Positions 58,978 to 64,000 of a DNA stretch of 64,000 bases are shown here, one piece after another. The notes beneath the pieces were generated by a model. It was given only the letters and a program-made list of their open reading frames with translations. It was not told the origin of the DNA and did not search any database. The stretch comes from an uncultured bacterium (GTDB taxonomy: Bacteria > Planctomycetota > UBA1135 > GCA-002686595): contig CALSNU010000002.1 in the NCBI GenBank assembly GCA_943787795.1, positions 512,001 to 576,000 on the forward strand. Reading direction: 5' to 3'. Numbering within the stretch: position 1 is the first letter of the stretch; each line of letters opens with the position of its first letter. The translations under genes were made by a program, and so were the position numbers.

Positions 58978-59780
58978 GTCCGACTCCTGGGCACGCGCCA
59001 GTCGCCGCCGAGGCGGCGAACGAGGGCGTGATCGGCGAGCCGCGGAGAGAGGATCGAGAGGATCCCCAGTAGCCGCCACTTCCACCGCAGCGAGACCTCG
59101 GGCTTCGGGGTTCGGTCGAGGGCGAGGATGGCCTGGGCGACCTCGCTGGCCGGGCGCGCCTCGTCCAGGTCTGGATCTGGCAGCCCCTGGGGGTTCAGCT
59201 GGTTCTGGAAGAAGCCGGTCGCGGTGAGGGCAGGGTTCAGGGTGCTGACGGCGATGTCCTCTTCGGCCCACTCGACACGCAACGCCTCGCCGATGGAGCA
59301 GACCGCCGCCTTGCTCGCCGAGTAGCCAGCTTGGCCCGGAATGCCCCGGCGCCCGACGACGCTCGAGACGTTCACGACCACGGGGCGCTCCCCGCGGACC
59401 AGCAGCGGGTAGCAGGCCTTGCAGGTCAGGAGTAAGGCAAAAACGTTGGTGTCGAAGACCCGACGGAGGGGCTCGGGATCGAGCTCGCTCACGCGGGCCC
59501 GATACCCGATGCCAGCGTTGTTGACCAGCAGGTCCAGGCCGCCGAAGGCGCCCTCGAGGGAGCGAACCGCACCCTCAATCTCCTCGACCCGGGTGAGGTC
59601 GCAGGGGAGGACCAGGTGGTCGCCCTCTGCCGGGCGGGGGAGCTCCGCGGCGACGGCTTCCAGCCGAGCCCGGTTCCGGGCGAGGAGCGCCACGCGGTAT
59701 CCCTCTGCGGCGAGGAGCCGCGAGACCGCCTCGCCGATGCCGGAGGAGGCGCCGGTCACGAGGGCGCGTCGGCCCCTCAA
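58974..59780 (-). CDS. Short-chain dehydrogenase/reductase
   Basis: TGASSGIG, LVNNAG, NVSS, YSASK. Confidence 0.92.
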   Translation of the reverse strand: MRGRRALVTGASSGIGEAVSRLLAAEGYRVALLARNRARLEAVAAELPRPAEGDHLVLPCDLTRVEEIEGAVRSLEGAFGGLDLLVNNAGIGYRARVSELDPEPLRRVFDTNVFALLLTCKACYPLLVRGERPVVVNVSSVVGRRGIPGQAGYSASKAAVCSIGEALRVEWAEEDIAVSTLNPALTATGFFQNQLNPQGLPDPDLDEARPASEVAQAILALDRTPKPEVSLRWKWRLLGILSILSPRLADHALVRRLGGDWRVPRSRT

Positions 59781-60337
59781 CGAGCACCACTCACTTTGCG
59801 GACCTTCCTTCGGGCTCGGTCCCAGCGCTGAAGCTCTCGCTCCACCCGTGCGACCTGCTGGTCGTTGGGGTAGAGGTCCTGGATCTCGAGCACCCAGTCA
59901 CCAACGCGTTCGAACGCCACGTCCAGCTTGGCCCTCCCGACGGCGCCCGTGCGCTGGAAGGTGTCTTCATCTCCGGCCTTGCGGGCCTTCTCCGCCTCGT
60001 TCACGAGGGTGATGCCCTCCGACGCCAGGGCACATGCGGCCAGGTAAGCGGGGTTCTGGAGGAGGCCAACGGGCGCCCGGTTGGAGTGGACGGTCCGCGT
60101 TCCGGCGGTTCCACCCGGACTGTTGTCGATGTCGGCGAAGGGGTTCGGCCCGCTCGGCAACGTCTCGGCCGCCGGCGCCGCGGGGCTTGCCTGCTGCGGG
60201 GACTCCTTCTTCTTCTTGTTGGTCACCACGGCAACGGCGAGCGCAGCGAGCGGAATCGCGGCGATCAGGAGGACAACCGGTAGGAGGTTGATTCCATTCT
60301 GGGGCCTTTGGTGGTCCCTCTCGGAGCGGCGTGCCAT
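59777..60337 (-). CDS. Hypothetical membrane-anchored protein
   Basis: TM helix followed by KKKK, then a helical domain; overlaps the SDR start. Confidence 0.7.
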   Translation of the reverse strand: MARRSERDHQRPQNGINLLPVVLLIAAIPLAALAVAVVTNKKKKESPQQASPAAPAAETLPSGPNPFADIDNSPGGTAGTRTVHSNRAPVGLLQNPAYLAACALASEGITLVNEAEKARKAGDEDTFQRTGAVGRAKLDVAFERVGDWVLEIQDLYPNDQQVARVERELQRWDRARRKVRKVSGAR

Positions 60338-60454
60338 GGGGAGAGCTTAGCGGGGTAGAGCGGCGATGGGGCCCCGGCGACGGGACGCGGCGACGGGACG
60401 TGGCGAAGGGAGACAGCGAGGGCAGACCCGGTGGTGCGGGTCGGCGAAGAGCGG

Positions 60455-61789
60455 CTAGGCAAGCGGGGCTCGAAGCCGCGCGGCATAGCCGCCGTCCGCA
60501 GGTCCCCCCGCGTCGAGAGCCGCGGGTGCGGACCGGCGCTCCTCCTCGAGGGTCCACCCGGTGTGCTCCTCGAGGAAGCCGCGGACCTGCTGCTCGTTCT
60601 CTTCGTTCTCGAGGCTGCAGGTGGAGTGGACCAGGACCCCCCCCGGCTCGACGTGCCCGCTGGCCGAGCGGAGCAGCTCTCGTTGAAGCTCGACCAGGGC
60701 GCGCTGGCTCTGTGGGCCATGGCGCCACTTGGCCCCGGGGCGCTGCGCGAGGACGCCGGTGTTACTGCAAGGCGCGTCGACGAGGACGGCGTCGAACCGG
60801 GCCGCGGGGCCCAGCCCGCGCGCCTGATCCATCGCAGCCAGCTCGGGGACTGGGAGGCCGAGGCGCTGGAACCCGGTGCGGATCCGCTGGAGCCGGTGCG
60901 GGGACAGATCGCAGGCGACGAGGCGTTGGGGCCCGGACTCCAGTATCGCCGCGGTCTTCCCCCCGGGCGCAGCGCAGAGGTCGAGGACCCGGAGACCTTC
61001 GACCTCGCTCAGCATCTGCGCCGCGCCGAAGGCGTGCTCTCCCTGCACGGTGAGCTCCCCGTGGTGGAAGAGCGGAGAGGCGAGGGCCGTTGAAGCGTCT
61101 TCGGGAGCGACGAGGAGGAACCGCGCGTGCCGGCCGTTCGTGCACCCCACGCCGGCCGCCTCGAGCGTGGCCCGCACCTCCTCTCTGGGCCGCGCCGAGC
61201 GGATCCTGAGGGAGAGCGGCGGCTCCTCGAGGGCCAGCGCGGCGAGTCGGTCCGCCTCCTCACGGCCCACCCGCTGGGTCCACCGCTTGTGCAGTGCGCT
61301 GGGAAGAGAGAGGGCGTCTTCTGCCCACAGGTGGGGGTGCTCCTCGGGGTCACGGAAGACAGGGAATTCGAAGCGGAGGTTCGTACCGACGACGTCGCGC
61401 GAGGGGTCGCCCGACGCGCCGGGGAGCACCGCGCGCTGAACGCTGCGCAGCACCGCGTTCGCGGTGCGCCCCTTCCCTAGACCGAGGTGGTCGGTCACAC
61501 AGCGGACGGTCTCCGAGACCGCCGCGTGGTCCGGGACGCGGTCGAGGAACAAGAGCTGCGCGATCCCGAGCCGAAGCAGCGCCGCGAGGTCCGCCTTGGG
61601 CTTGGCGTGGACAAATGCCCCGAGCACCGCGCGGAGCGTTCCTCGGCGACGGATCTCGGTCCCCACCAGGCGCCTCGCCAGGGCCGTGTCCCTCGGGTCG
61701 AGGCCCCGGAGGGAGGCGTACCGGTCGACTTCCCGCAGCGGCGTGGGGGAGCCGCTTCGCAGGCACATGTATGCGGTCTGGCGGGGCAT
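60455..61789 (-). CDS. rsmB: RsmB/NOL1/Sun family RNA m5C methyltransferase with NusB-like domain
   Basis: LRLGIAQL.FL..VP.HAAVSETV, NAVLR, DLCAAPGGKT, DAPCS.TG, STCS...EN. Confidence 0.9.
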   Translation of the reverse strand: MPRQTAYMCLRSGSPTPLREVDRYASLRGLDPRDTALARRLVGTEIRRRGTLRAVLGAFVHAKPKADLAALLRLGIAQLLFLDRVPDHAAVSETVRCVTDHLGLGKGRTANAVLRSVQRAVLPGASGDPSRDVVGTNLRFEFPVFRDPEEHPHLWAEDALSLPSALHKRWTQRVGREEADRLAALALEEPPLSLRIRSARPREEVRATLEAAGVGCTNGRHARFLLVAPEDASTALASPLFHHGELTVQGEHAFGAAQMLSEVEGLRVLDLCAAPGGKTAAILESGPQRLVACDLSPHRLQRIRTGFQRLGLPVPELAAMDQARGLGPAARFDAVLVDAPCSNTGVLAQRPGAKWRHGPQSQRALVELQRELLRSASGHVEPGGVLVHSTCSLENEENEQQVRGFLEEHTGWTLEEERRSAPAALDAGGPADGGYAARLRAPLA

Positions 61790-61883
61790 TCGGCGGATCC
61801 TACCCGGCCCAGCTCTCCGTGCCTCCGGGACAAAGCTCCCGCTTTCCACACCCGGTGGAGAGTCCTGTGGAGAGACTGCGCCC

Positions 61884-63095
61884 ATGGGGACCAGGGGAGC
61901 GGGCGGGGTACGACCGAAGGTGGTGGTGGTGGCGGGATGTCTGGTGGCGATGTTCATCACCGCCCCCGGCCAGACCTTCGTGATCTCCACCTTCAGCGAG
62001 GCGCTCTCTCGAGACCTGGGCCTCACGCTGGACCGCCTCGGCTTGGCCTACCTCATCGGGACCTTGTCCTCGGCGATTTGCCTGACCGGGATCGGCGGCG
62101 TTGCAGACCGCATCGGGCCAAGGGCGATGATCGGCGTCGCGTCGATCGGGCTCGCGGGGGCGGGCCTCGCGCTCCAGTCGGCCACGGGCTTCGTGACCCT
62201 GACGCTGGCGTTCTTTCTGCTGAGGCTGACGGGCCAGGGCGCCATCTCGCTCGCGTCCAGCCACGCCCTCGCCCTTCGGTTTGACGCCACCCTTGGGCGA
62301 ATGGAGGGGCTTCGTGGGGCGACCGTGGCGCTCGCCATCGCGACGGTCCCCCAGCTCTCCGTCGCGCTGATCGCGAGCGAGGGGTGGCGCTTCTCGGCGG
62401 TGGCCCTGACGGCCTCAGCGGGGGCGCTCGGCCTTGTCGCGTCCACGGTCATGATGGACCGAGACCCCAGCGCCCGCTCGGGGGGAGCGAACGAGGGGGA
62501 GGGGTGGTCCCGGTCCTTCGACCTCGCTGCTGCGCGGAGGACTCCGGTCTTCTGGGTGCTGATCGCGCTGGTTGCTGCGCAGGCGGCGATCGTGACCGCC
62601 GTGCACTTTCACCTTCTGCCGATCCTCGCGGAGTCTGGGACGGGCGCCAAGGAGGCCGCGCGCACGTACATGACCTACGCCGCGGCTGGGCTTGGGGCGA
62701 CCCTGCTGGGCGGTGTGCTCGCGGACAGGGTCCGGCCGGGACCGCTCCTTGCCGCGTCCATGATCCTGCTTGGCCTTGGGGCCGGGACGCTGGAGCTCTG
62801 GGCCGGCGGCCTCGGCTCCCACGTGGCGATGGGGATCCTCGGGATCGCCCAGGGGATTGGCGCAGCAACCCACGGGCCGACCCTCGCGCGCTACTTCGGC
62901 CGGCGCCACCACGGCGCGATCCGAGGAGCCGCCGGGACCGCCGCGGTGGCGGGCTCAGCGGTCGCGCCGTGGGCGACCGCGGCGCTCATGGAGCGCTCGG
63001 GGTCGTTTGGGGCGCCGCTTCTCATGATGGGACTCGCGGCCGGGGGGCTCGGCCTGCTCTGCGTGATGGTCCGGCGGCCCGAGCCGCGGGCATGA
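61884..63095 (+). CDS. MFS transporter
   Basis: About 12 TM segments; G.VADRIGPR and G.LADRV motif A; TAPGQTF. Confidence 0.9.
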   Translation: MGTRGAGGVRPKVVVVAGCLVAMFITAPGQTFVISTFSEALSRDLGLTLDRLGLAYLIGTLSSAICLTGIGGVADRIGPRAMIGVASIGLAGAGLALQSATGFVTLTLAFFLLRLTGQGAISLASSHALALRFDATLGRMEGLRGATVALAIATVPQLSVALIASEGWRFSAVALTASAGALGLVASTVMMDRDPSARSGGANEGEGWSRSFDLAAARRTPVFWVLIALVAAQAAIVTAVHFHLLPILAESGTGAKEAARTYMTYAAAGLGATLLGGVLADRVRPGPLLAASMILLGLGAGTLELWAGGLGSHVAMGILGIAQGIGAATHGPTLARYFGRRHHGAIRGAAGTAAVAGSAVAPWATAALMERSGSFGAPLLMMGLAAGGLGLLCVMVRRPEPRA

Positions 63096-63250
63096 GGCCG
63101 CTCTGCGGGCGGGGCGGTCCGTGTGAATCACCTGCAGGATCCAAGAGACCTGCCATGATGGAGGGCGGTACACCTTCGCGCCCACGGCTCACCTGCCTTT
63201 CCGATTCAGGCGAGCGCCGCGCCCCCTTCCCTTGCCCTGAAGACTCACCC

Positions 63251-64000
63251 ATGAATGCCAAGACACTCCTTCTTGGAGCCAGCCTGCTCTTCATCGCCCC
63301 GACCCTCGCGGCCGCCCAGTCGAATGACGACTGCAGCGGCGCGACGTCGATCACGGGCTTCAACACCTTCAACTTCGACAACTCGTCTGCGACCGCGAGC
63401 GGGGTGAACGACTGCAACGGGCTGCCGGTGCGGAAGGACCTCTGGTACGAGTGGACCGCGCCCGCGACCGGCTCCGTCCGCTTCGAGACCTGCGGGACGA
63501 ACACCGGGTTCGAGACACGGATCGCCGTCTACACCTCGAGCTCCAGCTGCGGCTCGCTCAACCTGCTCATCTGCGGCGCGGCCAACTGTGGGGCGAACGG
63601 GCTCTCGCGCGTGGCGTTCCCCGCCGTTCAGGGACAGTCCTACCTGATGCGTGTGGGCTCCCGTCAGGTCGGCGCAGGGAACAACGGGGCGGGCCAGTTC
63701 GTGCTCAGCCCGGACCCCTGCGATCCGGCCCAGGACGACGTGCTGGAAGACAACGACGACTGCGCGTCCGCCAGGCCGATGACTGACGGGACGACGAACG
63801 ACCTCTGGTGCTCCAAGTCCGACCCGGACTGGTACAGCTTCTGCGTGGACGCGGGCGGCACCATGTCGATCGACGTGCTCTTCGCCACGACCCCCGGCGA
63901 CATCGACATCTTTGCCTTCGACGCTTGCGGGGGCGGGAGCCTCGGCATCGGAGGTTCAGCGAGCGACAACGAGAACCTCCTGATTGACAACTCGGCGGGC
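63251..64000 (+). CDS. Secreted protein, 5' part (runs off the window); missed by the ORF track
   Basis: MNAKTLLLGASLLFIAPTLAAAQSNDDC.....DLWYEWTAP.TG....ETCG...FETRIAVY; later LEDNDDC and D.DWY (pre-peptidase-C-like); no stop before 64000. Confidence 0.85.
   Translation, partial: MNAKTLLLGASLLFIAPTLAAAQSNDDCSGATSITGFNTFNFDNSSATASGVNDCNGLPVRKDLWYEWTAPATGSVRFETCGTNTGFETRIAVYTSSSSCGSLNLLICGAANCGANGLSRVAFPAVQGQSYLMRVGSRQVGAGNNGAGQFVLSPDPCDPAQDDVLEDNDDCASARPMTDGTTNDLWCSKSDPDWYSFCVDAGGTMSIDVLFATTPGDIDIFAFDACGGGSLGIGGSASDNENLLIDNSAG

Noticed and set aside
63141..63154. CCAAGAGACCTGCC resembling the 3' end of a cobalamin riboswitch
   Set aside because: Upstream core elements are not visible and there is too little room after the MFS stop; an Rfam/Infernal scan would settle it.

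Overview
High-GC bacterial chromosomal window that spans the replication origin. It contains dnaA-[oriC]-dnaN-dciA(DUF721)-gyrB at 51.8-58.2 kb, a stand-alone parB with four perfect parS palindromes at 29.8-31.7 kb, and a separate ParA with a long acidic tail at 47.6 kb. Two PSD1/DUF1553 planctomycete-cytochrome + DUF1501 modules and a characteristic secreted-protein C-terminal domain point to Planctomycetota, probably a deep-branching or uncultured lineage (inference). Other content: 2-oxoacid:ferredoxin oxidoreductase (alpha/beta), Mn-type SOD, a sulfatase-like hydrolase, pyrF, a complete bacillithiol pathway (bshC, bshB1, bshA), cysteine desulfurase, hemW, rsmB, an MFS transporter and several secreted or membrane proteins of unknown function. 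I saw no rRNA, tRNA, CRISPR array or mobile element. Most notable: (1) a sigma-70 gene whose conserved region 1.2 lies upstream of any canonical start codon and which appears to start at ATT, set among an HPr-fusion protein, a metallophosphoesterase and an ankyrin protein; (2) bacillithiol genes interleaved with pyrF, ParA and cysteine desulfurase next to dnaA; (3) dispersed DnaA-box-like clusters and a DnaA-trio-like element; (4) a non-coding 13-bp tandem array; (5) an internally deleted aminotransferase remnant; (6) five +1 homopolymer frameshifts that are probably sequencing errors. All family calls come from recognising motifs by eye, not from database searches.
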